DNA of 64,000 bases from the human T2T-CHM13v2.0 reference genome, Homo sapiens. This document shows positions 31,949-56,789 of this stretch, one piece after another (the first letter of the stretch is position 1; every line of letters starts with the position of its first letter). The notes below the pieces were generated by a model. The model had not been told where the DNA came from. It ran no database searches and saw nothing but the letters and a program-made list of their open reading frames with translations. Where the stretch lies: NCBI RefSeq assembly GCF_009914755.1, contig NC_060929.1; one strand, written 5' to 3'. The position numbers and the translations under genes are program-made.

Positions 31949-32957
31949 GCAACTAAGTTGAACGATAGTGATATAAAAGCATTTGCAAATGTGGTATTGC
32001 TGTATGTTGGGCTTTTCCCTTCTGAAGAAGCTTCCCCTCCCGCAAACATACTGCAAAGGAAAATCTTTCGAAGAGCCTGGCACATCCTCCCTCCAACCGC
32101 AGGAATGGCAAAGGCTTTTCTAAATAGGAGGTGCTTTGTCCTTGCCGGGGCAAAGAATCAAAATGAAAGGATAAGCTGACTCTTGCTTATCTTACCTGAA
32201 GCTGGGCCTCCCACTTACTGTTATTTTTCTTCTCCAATGAAGGACCAGCCCCGCAACACACACACATTCTACAAAAAATAAATATGTCTCCCTCTCTGTC
32301 CTCCGCACCAGCCTTGGGCACAGATGGTCCTTCCAAGGATTGATCTAGGTGTGTGAGGAAATGCTCACAGAAACATGAGCTAGGGCTGGTAGTAACTTCC
32401 AAGTACTACTTCTGTTAAATTAAAAAGCACAATACCTTCATTACCTAGAATTTCCAGCTGGCAACAAGAAGGCCAAACATATTACAAAATCGGCATGCAC
32501 ACACACACAACACATGTACCTTAATCATAAAAGGGTCTCTGTCTCCCTCTCTCACGTCTTACTTTCACAGTTCCAAAGGCCTGACTACCAGGTTCTTAAG
32601 CCACAGCAACCAAGAGGACAAACTGCTGGGGAGAACCAGAGAACCTGGACTCAACTCTAGCGAAGTGACCTGCCCTTCTGGGTCTTAGTTGTCATCACTT
32701 GTAAGTCGAAGAAGCCCAGGTAGATGACGGGTGGTAGATCAACAGGTTTCATCTCACATCCAACGGATGGGCAGCGGCTGCCTGAAACTCTGTGCTGAGG
32801 AGGATTCTTAAGGCTGAATGTCTCAGCAGGGAAAGTGCAATGATCACTGAGTACCATCTGCCACAGGCATGGAAAGAGAGCATGGTGGCATCACACCACA
32901 CTCCTGTCAACCCTGCAAGAGGTAACTGGATATCCTTAGCATCCATAACTTCTTAGA

Positions 32958-33590
32958 TGTTGAAAAACAAACTGCAACAGGCAAGCATGATGAGTTAACC
33001 CCAGAGCAAGGAGGAGAGAAAAGCAACCAAAAGGAGAAGCCAGAACTAAAAAGTGGAGCAGCGGTAAGCTCTTCAAGCACACGTGAGACAAAATGGCAAA
33101 TGTAAGAAGCCACGTTTGCTTTTCTGCTGCCTGCAGAATTTTACAAAATCCCTTACCAGCAGGATTCCACAAAGCCCCTGACTCTGACCGAGTGCAGCCC
33201 TCCAGAAGAATGCCCTGAAGATGATCAGCAGCACACAGCACAGGTTCCCGAGTCTCTTGCCTGAATCAGGTTAAGTTCAATGACCCTAACCCTTGCCTCT
33301 TTCTGTACATGTCTGACAGGATTAATGACTATGCCTCTATCATCTATAACCACATGAACTCCTGTGCCCAAACCTTGATGAGATCTTGCTCTAATCTAAC
33401 TTCGAGCACATCTGTTGTAACTTCTGAGCACTGGAAGAGCCGCCATCACCTGTCTATAAACTGCGGGCTGAAACTCTGCCTTGGAGCAGTCTAACAGAAA
33501 CTCTCTGAAAAGACTAACAGGTTGCAAGCTTCAGCAAGACTTCTGAATAAACTAAGTTGATGTGAAAGCCTGATTTTTCTTTAGCTTACA
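32958..33590 (+). mobile_element. ERV1-class solo LTR, family unassigned
   Basis: TGTTGAAAAACAAAC start, CTATAAA, AATAAA, TTTTTCTTTAGCTTACA end; no TSD seen. Confidence 0.5.
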
Positions 33591-34837
33591 CACAGGTCAT
33601 GTAAGCATCACTCTATTGCTGCATGGTCTACGTTCTGCATGGTAACAGCTCACACACGGCAGTGTGATCACTCATATTCACGACAATGGCCCAGGCAGCA
33701 CATATGTTCTGTTACCTTCATTCCACTTAGGAATGAAAGAAGTATCCTAAGCAAATAAGTGCTTAGAACAGTTCTGTCACAAGAATGATCCCAAATGTGG
33801 GTCACAGTTTTTAGCTTCAGTGCTTGAGTTTTGGGGAGTATGAACCCCTCGGCCATATGGAAACCAACTATTCTGAAGGACTTGCTCCTCAACGGGGCTG
33901 GACAGCCAAGTTGGCTTTCATGTGTCTAAACTAAGTCCAAACCGTAAAAGGAAGTGTGACACCACCCTTCATTCAGTCCCTTTTCCTAATTCTGGAAATA
34001 CAGGAGACCTACCAAAGCTAAGGAAAGACATCAAGTTTTCTGTGAGCTACAAAAATTATAATACTGTTCCTTAATAAACGGCAGTGGGATGGGGCACAGT
34101 GGGGAAGTTCCTCAAATACTGAAGCTGACCAAGCTGTTAGAACTCAGGTGTTCCTGAGCATGCTGGGAGGTTATAGTACCAAGGTAATAGAAGACATCCA
34201 TTAAAAACATAAAACTGGGTTCAAAGTTTTTTATTCAAGTAAACAACACTGCATCTTTTAACTACAGAGTTCCACACCTTTCAGTAATACATAATACTGC
34301 CCATGCCGTGTGAGGGCCTCCTTCCCTTCCTTCTCTTTTGAAGCTTTAGGGTTACCTTTGAGTCAACTGTGGTCTGCAGAAGAAATGAACACTTCTCTAC
34401 TTTGGAGAGCAACATTCATTGAAATTCTGGACCCAACAACCAACATTGTGTGGCTTAATCTTCCCATCTCAAGCTCAGAAATAGCTTCCACTGAGCTTAG
34501 ACAGACCTTTCTTCCCACTACAAAAGGGCAGTGGTGGGGTGGGGGGGGGGTGTTGGTAAACCCTCCCTCTTGGCACCACAGTGCCAGGTACTGTCCTTTA
34601 TTGATAGCTATGCAATGGCATGGTGCAACTTAAAAGCTAGAAGAACGAGCACAAAAATTCCTCTGCTCAATAAAGGAGTGTTTTACTGAACAAACAGTGT
34701 AACTGCAGGTAGTTCCTAACTCACAAATGGTTGTATTCTAGAAAACTCAACACATACACATGTGGTTTATCTGGGGCTTACAGTGGCTTTCCCCCATACA
34801 AAAGAATACATGGCAACCCATGAAAGCTTACTGAATC

Positions 34838-35180
<343 letters not shown>

Positions 35181-36489
35181 TTAACACTTATTAATCTCTT
35201 ACTTTCTGCAAGGCACAACAATTATTATTACCTGTTACAATCATCCCTATTTTACAGAGACGAGACCAAGGCTCAGAGAGGTTAAACAGCAGCTTAAGGT
35301 CACAGAGCCCGCAAGTACTAGACTTAATTTAAATGTGGTAGGCTCTTTGCCATTCTTCTCCACTTACTGCTGGCATAAGCGCATGAACAAGACAGGTAAC
35401 ACTGGCCTGAAACTGGCTTCAAACCTCGGTTTCCTACAGGAGGGAGACAGGCTACACTGGAAAAAGGAAGCAATTTTTCTTCCCTGCCCCTGTGTGTACA
35501 GTAAGCATTCAGCAAGTATCTGAAGAGGTCACTTCCCTTTCTGTGCCCCTTCCTGTCTCCCATGCAAACTCTGGCCTCAGTGAACATGGATGGCTTCTTC
35601 TAGTGTCTTGCCCCAAGCAGCTCAACCACCGCAATCACCAAGCTCCCTGCCTCACCAAATCCTACCCCATATTAAAAGCCCTATTTCCTAATTCTATGGA
35701 AATAACCAGGCCATTCATTCACTCACTAATATATACTATACTCTACACCTGCTATGTGCTTTGTCAATTCCTGGGAATACCGCAGTAAACAAGAGACCTT
35801 GATTCTACACTCTCTAAGCAAGAAAACAAAGATATACATAAGATGACTATCTACATGACATCTATTACACATCTAATACATGTGGTTTAAGAGAAGAAAC
35901 CTAGATGTCCAATAAAAAGATTTAGATTTAAGATCAGTTAAATTACAGAAGGTTCATGTTGTAGAATATAATACACCCACTGAAATGATTATATAGGTTA
36001 TACAGAAAAATTTATGGCCATGGAAAGACGTCCACACTGTATAAACTGAAAATAGTTAATATTAATAGTGTAGAGTATGATAGCATTTTGGGTAAAAATA
36101 TAACAAGACATAGATCAGCACTAACAACAACAAAAAACAAACTAGAAGGATATATCAGTACATCAACAGTAGTAAACAGAGTTGTAGAATTATGAGTGAC
36201 TATGCTCTTCTGTATTTTCTGAACTCTCTGCAACAAGCATACATCTTATAATTAGAAAAACATTACAGGTTTCTATTTTGGAAGAAAACAAAACATTCCT
36301 GTTCCACCTCATAGGTGGTAAGCCCTCAAATATTTGTTAAATGCATCAGACAATGAGTAAATCAAACCTACTTCAATGTGATTGGAAGAAAACAGCCAGA
36401 GTGAACTATCACCATAATTGAGGCATTAAAAAAACAAAAAAAAAACGAACAAAAAAACACCTCCTGTACTATACACTTGAAAATAGTTG

Positions 36490-36855
<366 letters not shown>

Positions 36856-36940
36856 TTATAGAGTTTAACTGATGTAAATAAACCAATACTTGGTAGAATT
36901 TGAAGCAATTAAAAATAAAATAAAAAAATTAAACAGCTAT

Positions 36941-37360
36941 CGATATGGCTAGGATTTGTGTCCCCACCCAAAGCTCATGTTGAATTGTAATCCCTAATGT
37001 TGGAGATGGGGCCTGGTGGCAGATGACTGCATCATGGGGGAAGATTTCTGATGAATGGTTTACCACCATCCACTTGGTACTGTTCTCACAACAGGGAGTG
37101 TGTTCTCATGAGATCTGGTCATCTGAAGTGTGGGATATCTCCCACTCTCTCTCTCTCTTGCTCCTGCTCCTGCCATGTAAGACACCTGCTCCTCCCTTGT
37201 CTTCCGCCATGATTGGAAGCTTCCTGAGGCCTCCCCAAAAGCAGAACCTGCTATGCTTCCTGTACAGCTTGCAGAATGGTGAGCCATTTAAAGGTCTTTT
37301 CTTTATAAATTACCTAGTCTCAGGTATTTCTTTATAGTAATGCAAGAACAGATTAATACG
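36941..37360 (+). mobile_element. MSTA/MSTB MaLR solo LTR
   Basis: GATATGG...TGTGTCCCCACCCAAAGCTCATGTTGAATTGTAATCCC to GCAAGAACAGATTAATAC; near-TSD GCTAT/GCTAC. Confidence 0.88.
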
Positions 37361-38032
37361 GCTACCTAAAAGTTCAAGAAGTTAAACAGAAGCTATATAT
37401 CTGCCTAGACTAGAAATATGCTCTTATAGTTCCTTTATCTGGGTTTCTTAAATTTTATTTTGAGTTCAGAGAATCCTCTAAAGCGCCAAGGCTTTCATCA
37501 TCATGCCCATAACTGTGGCAGCAGTATTGTGGGGACTGTGAGAGATGAGTTTCTGGCAAGTGGTTTCTCAAACAAGTTTCAACATACTAGAGCGGTGTTA
37601 TTTTCCACGTTGAACATTTCCATGAAACAAACAGTCAAGGGTCAACTTAGTATCTCCAGCCACCAGAACCAAGTCTGAAATGGGCAAGAAGAGGCTATGA
37701 ACGCATACAAAGCCATCAGTCAGCTTTGGGGTTACAGTGGAGTCTGGGACAAAGATGTTCCCCTTTTTTGGAGTCTCTTTCTCAGGAGGTTAGGGCTACT
37801 TTCAGCACCAGAAGAATGTTTATCAAGTCCTCTGTTCTCAGACAGCAGTGGGATTATTTGAATCATTCCATCACAGGACCCTCTCTCTACCTTAAAATTA
37901 AAAATATCATATCACACTTGATACATTTTAGCAGGTTGGTGAGATCTATAAGGTTTGAGGTTGAGGGTAAACAACATCCCTTCTGACAGCTCAACAGAAA
38001 ACAAACGTTCCTCAGGGGCAGGTCCTTCAGAG

Positions 38033-38236
38033 CAGCGTTTCTATCACTCGACACTATTGACTGGGGGCCAGAAAATTCTTTCTTGTCGGGGGCTGACCTG
38101 TACACTGGATGCTGATGTTCAGCAGCGCCCCTCCCTGCCTCTACCCGCTAGATGCCAGTCACAACTCCCCCTCTCCCCTGCAAGGCGTGATGATCAGAAA
38201 TGTCTCCAGACAATGGCTCCCCAGTTAAGAGCCACT
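38033..38236. mobile_element. MER20 hAT MITE
   Basis: CAGCGTTTCT...CACTATTGAC...CTCTACCCGCTAGATGCCAG...AATGTCTCCAGACA...GAGCCACTG. Confidence 0.75.
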
Positions 38237-38603
38237 GAGTTAGGGGTGAAAAGCAAGAGCCATCTCCACAGTCAGACTGTGGGGTTCACCACCTTCAGTC
38301 TGAACACAGGAGAGCATGCTGGCAACTTATGTGTGTGAGAAAACTTGTTGGAAAGCTAAAGCCGTCTTTACACCTTCATTTCCACTGAGGAAAAAACAAG
38401 AGCTGTGGGAACATTCACTGGCACCCACTGAGGCAACAAATACCTGTGGCAGAACAGGGCTGAAAAGGTGAGTTAAGTAAGTTCTATTAAGAAAAAGGTA
38501 TAAGAAAATGAAACCTTGAAACTCAAAACGGAGAAGTGTAGGAGACTGGGAGAAAACAAAAGTACCCATTGGGTTTTAAATATTTTTTTTTAATTAGTTT
38601 TAG

Positions 38604-38910
38604 GGCTGGGCACAGTGGCTCCTGCCTGTAATCCCAGCACTTTGGGAGGCCGAGGTGGGTAGATCGCTTGAGTCCAGGAGTTTGAGACCAGCCTGGGTAA
38701 CATAGTGAGACACTGTCTCTACAAAAAATACAAAAATTAGCCAGGCATGGTGACACAAGCCTGTAGTCCCGGCTACTTGGAAGGCTGAGGTAGGAGGATG
38801 GATTGAGCCCAGAAGATTGAGGTTACATTGAGCTGAGATTGCATCACTGCACTTCAGCCTGGGCAACAGAGTGAGACTCTGTCTCTAAAAAAACAAATAA
38901 AATAAAATAC
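38604..38910 (+). mobile_element. AluJ followed by an AT-rich low-complexity tract (to about 39075)
   Basis: J-type dimer. Confidence 0.88.
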
Positions 38911-40133
38911 AGTAAAAACTCGTTTCATTTATAAAGTAAGTTTGATGTTTACATTTTTATTCTTAATTTTTAATTTTAATTTTTTTATTTTGATATTTTT
39001 ATTTTACAAATTTTTAATTAAAATAAGTTTATTTAAAAGTTTTATTTTTAATTTATAAAATAGTTAATTTTAAATAGTCTCAGCAAAAAAGAAGGTGGGC
39101 AGAAACCCTGCTCGTTCTACTTTATAAATAGTAGCTTATCAACCGGCAGCCAGTGAAACACTAAACCCAAAATTTGCCTCATTGTGTCATGGAGATTATG
39201 CTGCAAGGGAGAAACCTGCCAAGCCCTTTCCAAGAGGTGCTATGTGCCAGCCCAATCCCCAAACCCTGCCAAGCCACGGAGTGCTTTCTAGGCTGGTGAC
39301 AGGCCCCAGTGCCAGCTAGATGCCCGTATGCTCGGGGATGGAAACAGAAAGGAGCTCATTTCACTGCTCTCAGAGAGCTGGAGTGCAGAGGACCTTAGAA
39401 CTCAAGTGCACCAGAAGCTTCAAGAGTTTAGCGGCGAGTGAGCTCTTCTCCCCACCAAACGAAATTCTATGCACAATATGTAACACATATGGATGCAGTA
39501 TAATACCAAAAATGCAGTTCTATATTCATACAGTATTTATTAAATGCTTACTAGTGACTGGGTACTGGTTCTAGGAGTTGGTAGTATAGTCCCTGCTCTC
39601 AGGAAACTCACATTTTAGTGGATTTTTTAATCAAACTCAGCATCCAGAAAATTCAACCTAAACAGGGCTACATCCCAAAACCTGCACTGGAAGTCCCTGA
39701 TCTAGTCCAGTCCTCCTATTTTCCTGATGTGAAAACCGAGGCCCAGAAAGGTTAGGTGATTTGGCTCAAGGACAAATCTAGTGACAACCATCAGTGGAGC
39801 ATCAAAAAACACATCAGTGCAAACAACTCAGCAGTCTGGAAAAGGAAGGAGCTAGTAACTCATCCTCTGGGTTCCACACTTCTGTATCTACTGTGCAATA
39901 TACTAACAGACACTTGAGACAACTAAAGGAAGTCATCGTTAGTAGCTTTAAAAAACGCTCTGCTCCATCTCAAAAACAAACAAACAAACAAATGCTCTGC
40001 TGATCCTAGGAAGAAGGCAGTTTCAAGTGTCTCAGAGTCTAATACATTTTGAAAGGTTTCCCTCATGACAGTTAAAACGAAAAGCCAGCATGTGTCGCAT
40101 TAACCCTGGGGTGGCCACAAAACCGGTGTTCCT

Positions 40134-40617
<484 letters not shown>

Positions 40618-41801
40618 CTACCTCCCTTCCTGCGCTTCTGAGAAGCTGACAGCCCCGACTAAATCACCCCACGTGCAGATTCAACCACTGGCCGCTCTCC
40701 CCACAAACCACATCACAGAAAGGGCTCACTGCTCAAAAGAACACCTCTGACCCATTCCACTGCCCAGTAACAATATGTTTCTCTTTCAAGGTGGTTAGTC
40801 TAGCAACAAGGGCTCTGAACAAGGAAAAACTTGCACGCTTCACCTACCCTAGATCCCATAAAATCCTGTTCTTTAGGATTCAGTGTCCAATAAAAGATGA
40901 TTATTTCAAGTCTTTCTAATATTTTTCACATAAATACATAAATTAGAAAACAAAATGTCAGACAACAGGCCTCTGGTTTGGAAAACCACAGCTGTACCTG
41001 GATAGTACCAGTGCTCAGAGGCAAGATCAGGGGAAGGGGAAAGGGAGGCATGGGCCCACACTAACCTCTCAAGACGCATGTCCCTCCTACAGGGTCGCCC
41101 TCACTCCTCTAGCCCACCCCATGTTCTGGATGCCTGGTAGTGCCATGAAAGTCCTGGTTTAACAGCTTTTTTCTTGGAGTAACAGCTGCACTGTTTTCCT
41201 ACAGCTGAGAAAACACTTTTTCTCACAGTTAACTTTAGCCTTCATCATCCCTCAAACTTCAGGAAACCTTCTTTCCAGCTCTTCCCTCTTTTCACCCTTG
41301 AAATTCATCTTCTTCTTCCACTTCTAGCTTGAAGTGGAAGGAACGAATAGGTGTGTGCCTTTCCCCCAAACAAATAGCCGCTGTTCATTGCCTTTTCAAG
41401 CAAGCACTGCCAGATGCCCAGTGGGTTTTATCAGCACCCCTCCACCCACTTCTGGAGCAGGTCCTCATTCCAAGGCAAGCTGGCACAAAGCCCTAGACAG
41501 CCTTTGTGAGGATGCCTGCATTCAAGCACCAGCTGCCTCGATGGCACCAACTGGCAGAGAACTGTCATGCAATTACCCCTTCGCCCCCAGCTTGAGAAAC
41601 TCCTGTTTATGTTCTTAAAATACATTTGCAAAAGGAACCAGGGCCAAATGAAGGTGCTTATACTTATTTCTTCTATCATCAACAGAAATGAAAATAACCT
41701 TACATCACCACCCGCCAACCTTTACCTTTTTGTTTTTTTTCATTCAGGGTATTGGCTACACACAACCAAGTACGGGAGTACAGAGATAGAAGCAAGTCAC
41801 A

Positions 41802-42115
41802 GGCCAGGCGCGGTGGCTCACGCCTGTAATCCCAGCACTTTGGAGGCCGAGGCAGGTGGATCACCTGAGGTCAGGAGTTCAAGACCAGCCTGGCCAACAT
41901 GGCCAAACCCCGCCTCTACTAAAAATACAAAAAACTAGCTGGGTATGGTGGCACATGCCTGTAATCCCAGCTACTCAGGAGAGCAAGGCAGGAGAATCGC
42001 TTTAACTCAGAGGCGGAGGTTGCAGTGAGCCCAGACAGCGCCACCATACTCCAGCCTGGGCGACAGAGCAAGACTCTGTCTCAATAAATAAAAATAAAAA
42101 AAAAAAAGAGAGAGA
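41802..42115 (+). mobile_element. AluS
   Basis: Near-TSD GAGATAGAA(G/A)CAAGT(C/A)AC. Confidence 0.9.
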
Positions 42116-43064
42116 GAGATAGAAACAAGTAACTTGCTCATATTGGCAGCGGTGTTCCCTCTACTTTTTAAAATTACAAGGCAGAAGTCTTCTATCAGCC
42201 CTAGATTGTGAAGACTAGCACTCCGGCAACAAAATCATACACAATGGACCTCAATGCCAGGCTGACTGAATGAATTGTTATTGGGCTGCAAAGTAAACAG
42301 GCCAAAGGGGTAGGCTGTTCAGGAAACAGATCTTAATTACTGTTATTTGTTCAGTCAAACCTAGCATTTATTTCTCCAGTCAGCTGGGTGGAGTGGATGT
42401 TGGACTGGGCAAAGAAGGCTCCTTTGAAGATTCTGGATCTTTCTCACCCCTCCTTCCTTCCCCTGCAAGGAAATCCAAGGCCTCAACACTCAGGGAGCCC
42501 CAAGTGGAGAGCTAGTTTGGGGCCAGGACACACCTGATTGATGCCGCCTCTGAGGTAGGCGCCTCTGAGTCACTGCCCTCCATGGAGAGAAAGGAATCTG
42601 AGGGCTCCAGACAGGAAACTGAGGGGTGAAGTGGGGAGGGGGGCAATCAAGTAGTAACTGGAAAAAAAAGGACTCTGATGTGGTGGTGGGAGTGGTGGTG
42701 GTAGGAGGGTGGCCTGGGGAGATGGAGGAGCCTGCTGGAGTGACAGGAACAGAGGTTTGGGAGGAGCGTGGATGTATGCATGAGACAGCAGGGAAGAAAT
42801 GGGGTCTTGAGCAGCGTGGATGAGGGAAAAGAGCCAGGAAGTGGAGGAAGCCCCCCAAGAGTGGAGGAAGCCCCCCAAAACAGGTCAGCCCTGAGCAGAA
42901 CAAAAGCAGAGACTGCCTCACTGCAAGAGCAGAGAGCACTCGGCCATGCTAGAGGACCTTGGCTCAATGGTACTCCAAAGGGGGCTCATGAACAGCTGCC
43001 TGGGCATCACGGGGAGTCTCAGCCTCCATCCCAGATCTGCTGAAGCAGAACTGGAGCCTGCAGG

Positions 43065-43095
<31 letters not shown>

Positions 43096-43711
43096 CCTTC
43101 CCAGGGGATCATCTGACATCAGCCGACAGCAGGCACATTTAACAATCCTGCGCACCTTTAATAATCCTGTGTTCAAGTGATGACAACACGCCACACACCC
43201 AACAGCCAGCTGCCCTCGCTCTTCATTCAGAAGGGTCCTTTGGTGATGGCAAATAACAAAAGCAAGTTTCCCGTGCGATCACACACGACTTCAATATAAC
43301 AGATAAGGGAATCATGAGAGACTAGCATGCAGTCTCTGAAAAAGGTATCTGTAATTCAACCTGGAAAAAATGCTAATGGACACATCCTTAGGAGAGATGA
43401 ATACACAAAAATATTAACCAGGATTATGGGATGTTAGATGGCCTTTGTTTACTTTATCTTGTCTATGTTTTCAAGGTTTAACATTAAGCACGAATTTCAT
43501 AAGTTTTTTAAATGAAGAGAAAACTGCAATATTTTAATAGGTAAAGAATCAAAGAGTAGAAAAAAAGTAAAAAGCCTATTTAATTTGCTACCCACCATAT
43601 AGGATATGTTTTGTTGTCTGTAAAATGCACTCCATTGGTCTACATTAAAAAGCAAGACAACTTTAGCAAAAAAAAAAAAAATCAATGAACATCAAAAGAA
43701 AATAAATACTA

Positions 43712-45385
<1,674 letters not shown>

Positions 45386-45690
45386 TATATATCATCATAT
45401 TCTTTTATAAAATTATAACTGGTTAGTATCACTAACTTTCTCATGGTATACAGTAAGGATAGGCTATTCATGCTTTCTAAAGAATATCCCACCCTGAGAG
45501 CAAGTTCGAGGGTCAAAGTTCTAATTAAATTAAAATAAAATGCAATCATACAGACTAAATTCCTAGTACCCTACGCATCCAGAATGATTTGAAAGAATGC
45601 ATTCCTGAGCTTGGCAGGGTGGGTAGCTCTCACCATAGCCAGGAATAGATGAAAACCTCAAGATTTAATCTGTGATGATACAACTATCTA

Positions 45691-47065
<1,375 letters not shown>

Positions 47066-47942
47066 TGAGTACCTGTTATGTGCAACATATACTTCACTAG
47101 ATTCTTTACATAAGTTACAGAATTTAATGTTTATCACAGCCCTATGCTGTTATCATCCACCTCTATTATAATGAGAAAGTGGATCAAATAACACAGACAA
47201 ACCTATTAAATAGAACTGGAATTTCTGCCTCAGTCAGGTGACTCCTAAGTCCATTTGTTTGCAATACTTTATAATGTTTAATGATTGGTGTAACACCTTG
47301 ATCACACCTTCACAACCTTCCTCTCATTCTATCTTTATAACCATTCCACAAGGCAGGCAGGGAGAGTAGCATCATTCCCAACATAGAGACAAATGTGAAG
47401 CCTGAATAAGTTACCTTATTTTTGGAACTCATTCTCCTTCTTCCTGATAGCACCCTGCTGGATGAGTGCAATGAGCAGCAAAGCCTTGATGGTGCTGACA
47501 GAGGAGACCAGCAACACCCGAAAAGACAAAGACAGCAGCTTTGCTACTTCCATACTGCCTTAAAAGAGTAGGGTTATCCCATGCACCTGTGTAATATGCA
47601 CTCACACATGCACACGAGTGTGTACGCAAGGGCAGAGAACAAAGCCCTAAAGACGGAACAAAGCCCCACAGCCCTAGTTCTATTTCTAAATGTCAAACTT
47701 TGCAGCACGTTCAACAATTTAAGGAGGCAGAGAATTATATCCTGTGCTTCCATCGAAACACCAAAATTAAAGATGTGAGTGTCTTTGGTAACCAAGGAGA
47801 TCCTTCTACCCAGCACTCATTATAAGTAATAGTTACCTATCATTTCTTAAGTACTTCCTATGTATCAAGGTACTACTCTAAGGTGCTTTCAAGACCTTTC
47901 ATTTAATCTCCCCAAAGGAAAAAAAAAAACCACCCCCCTGCC

Positions 47943-51198
<3,256 letters not shown>

Positions 51199-52064
51199 TT
51201 TTACATACTTACACAATTTTTTTTTTTTTTTTTTTTGCTAATTTAACATCTCAGAATCCTCTTTTCAGAGACTGCAAAAAACAAAATAGTTTTGCAACCA
51301 ACCTTTAAAGTTATTGAGTAACTAAAAGTGATCAATATAAACAAACTAGAATTTGAACTCACCTACATTGAACATTCATTGTTTAAGTCAACACTAGGAA
51401 AGGGTAAAAGTAAACAACAAAAAATTGCTCCTTAATGTAGGGAGAAATCTCTTGGCCAGTGAAGCAATACAAAAACACAGACATTCTGCTTACAGGAACT
51501 AATTAAAAAGAAAAGGAAAAAACAAAACACAGACCTGTTCAGCCATATAAAGTTATAATGATGAACATCTGTAAAGATTACATGAAATCACCCATGTAAA
51601 GTGCTCAGCACATGTGCCTGGTCCGTAAGTGTTTAATGTTAGCTTGCATGCATGCTCATTTCATTCAATACAAGGCTACTTAAATGCTCTGTGCCTCTGC
51701 TGCCTCATACAAAACAGAGACAACAGTAGTTCCTACATCATAGGATTATTAGGACTGAGAATGTTTTCAAGGCACTTAGAACGTTAATTGTCAATATTAT
51801 TCTCAGTGTGCTCGAAAAGGAAGGCCAGAGGTTTACAGGGCTGGGATCTAAACCTAGTCACTCCAAAGCACTAGCATCTCATTTCCTCAAACTCTGGGAG
51901 ATTTACCTAGTTGCCAGCTCTCCTCCCACTGCTCAGGAAATTCCCAGGGCAGAAGGAACCCAAGGACTCGCTCCCTCTTGGAGGCTCAGCCTGCTCCAGG
52001 AGCTTGCAGCTCTAGCATCCCCAACCCCATCACCCAAACCTCACACCTGACCAAAAACCTATTG

Positions 52065-52975
<911 letters not shown>

Positions 52976-53499
52976 CAGGTAGTTTCAAAGCCAGTATTCT
53001 TAACTACCTCACCAAAGTGAATGTGGAAAAGAGAAAAAGGGAATAGTACTTTTAAAAAACAGTTAACTATAGAAAACCCAATCAAAATTCATTTTCCAAT
53101 TAAGTTATTGCTTAGTAAATGAAAATATTAAATAAAGAACCGGCTACTGCTCCACATGGCAAGGAAGTGTACTTCAGTGCTGACAACCCCATTACTCAGG
53201 AGAACAGTTTAACTGTGATATATGGATGGCTCCAGTGACCACTGCCACTGTATTTATAGTTTGTGATCTGTATAAACAAAATCATTTCTCATGCCTGTAA
53301 CAGCATCTACTGCAGGCCTTTGTTACTTACAATTAAATCTCTATAAATGTTTAAATCTCATGGTCACAAAAAAAATGAGTCAGCCATCTAAGAATGACTG
53401 GTCACCAGTTCCCAAAACACAACCTCCAGCGTCATGACCACCAGCCCCAGTAGGTCTAAATTCCAGATGAATAATTCTTCCAACGTACAGTCAAATTAA

Positions 53500-55982
<2,483 letters not shown>

Positions 55983-56789
55983 CCAACTTTTACTTTTAAG
56001 AGACTGCACATTTGAAATGGCTGAATCTTAGCACCAGAGCAGTCATTTCTCCAGCAATTTTCTTGTCTTGTACCAAAGCAGCCCTTTGAATAATACTTCC
56101 TAATAATCCACAGCCAGCTGGAGCACTTGACAAAGACTGATCTGACAGTTTAATCTTAGCACCATTGTTTTAGGATTGGCGTACCCGTTTTTTCCAGTTC
56201 CATTCACCTCACTACACTTAAGAAAAATCTACATTTACATATGTAAATTGTAGACAATGTTGATAAAAATAAATTACACCACATATTCATACCAGTTGTG
56301 CAACCAAATTGATGTTTCCTTTCTAATGCAAAAATGTGTTAAACTCTGTTATCTCCAAACCCACTTCTAAACACATCACACACTACCACCACTCCCACCA
56401 CAAAGGGCAGGGATGATATCAAAATGAAAACAGTGCTAGCAAATACAATTATAAAACATGATGAATTTCGCACATTTAGGTTTGCTAAAATAAGCTTTAA
56501 AGTTGTTGAATGAAAAACAAATGCCCCCAACGTTATCCCCTACCCTCCAACCTCCTATTATTACTCTATTGCTGTAACCACCGGTGGCAGTTTCTAGGAT
56601 ATCTTTAAAACTCTCAGAATTATTGCATATATATGTACCTACATACATGGATACATACATGCCTTTCAAATTGGAAACCATAATTGGGTTCATCATAGAC
56701 ACAGTGTTCTTTAACCTCCTCTTTTTATAACCCCTACTTAACTAACACTGTTATCTTGGCTACCTGTTCCTCACAGATTTAACTTACTC

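Noticed and set aside
42490-43194. Overlapping 60-149 aa ORFs
   Set aside because: Explained by stop-poor G/C-skewed low-complexity sequence; no recognisable domain.
51217-51237. Isolated T run as the tail of a retrocopy
   Set aside because: No poly(A) signal, recognisable body or TSD found.
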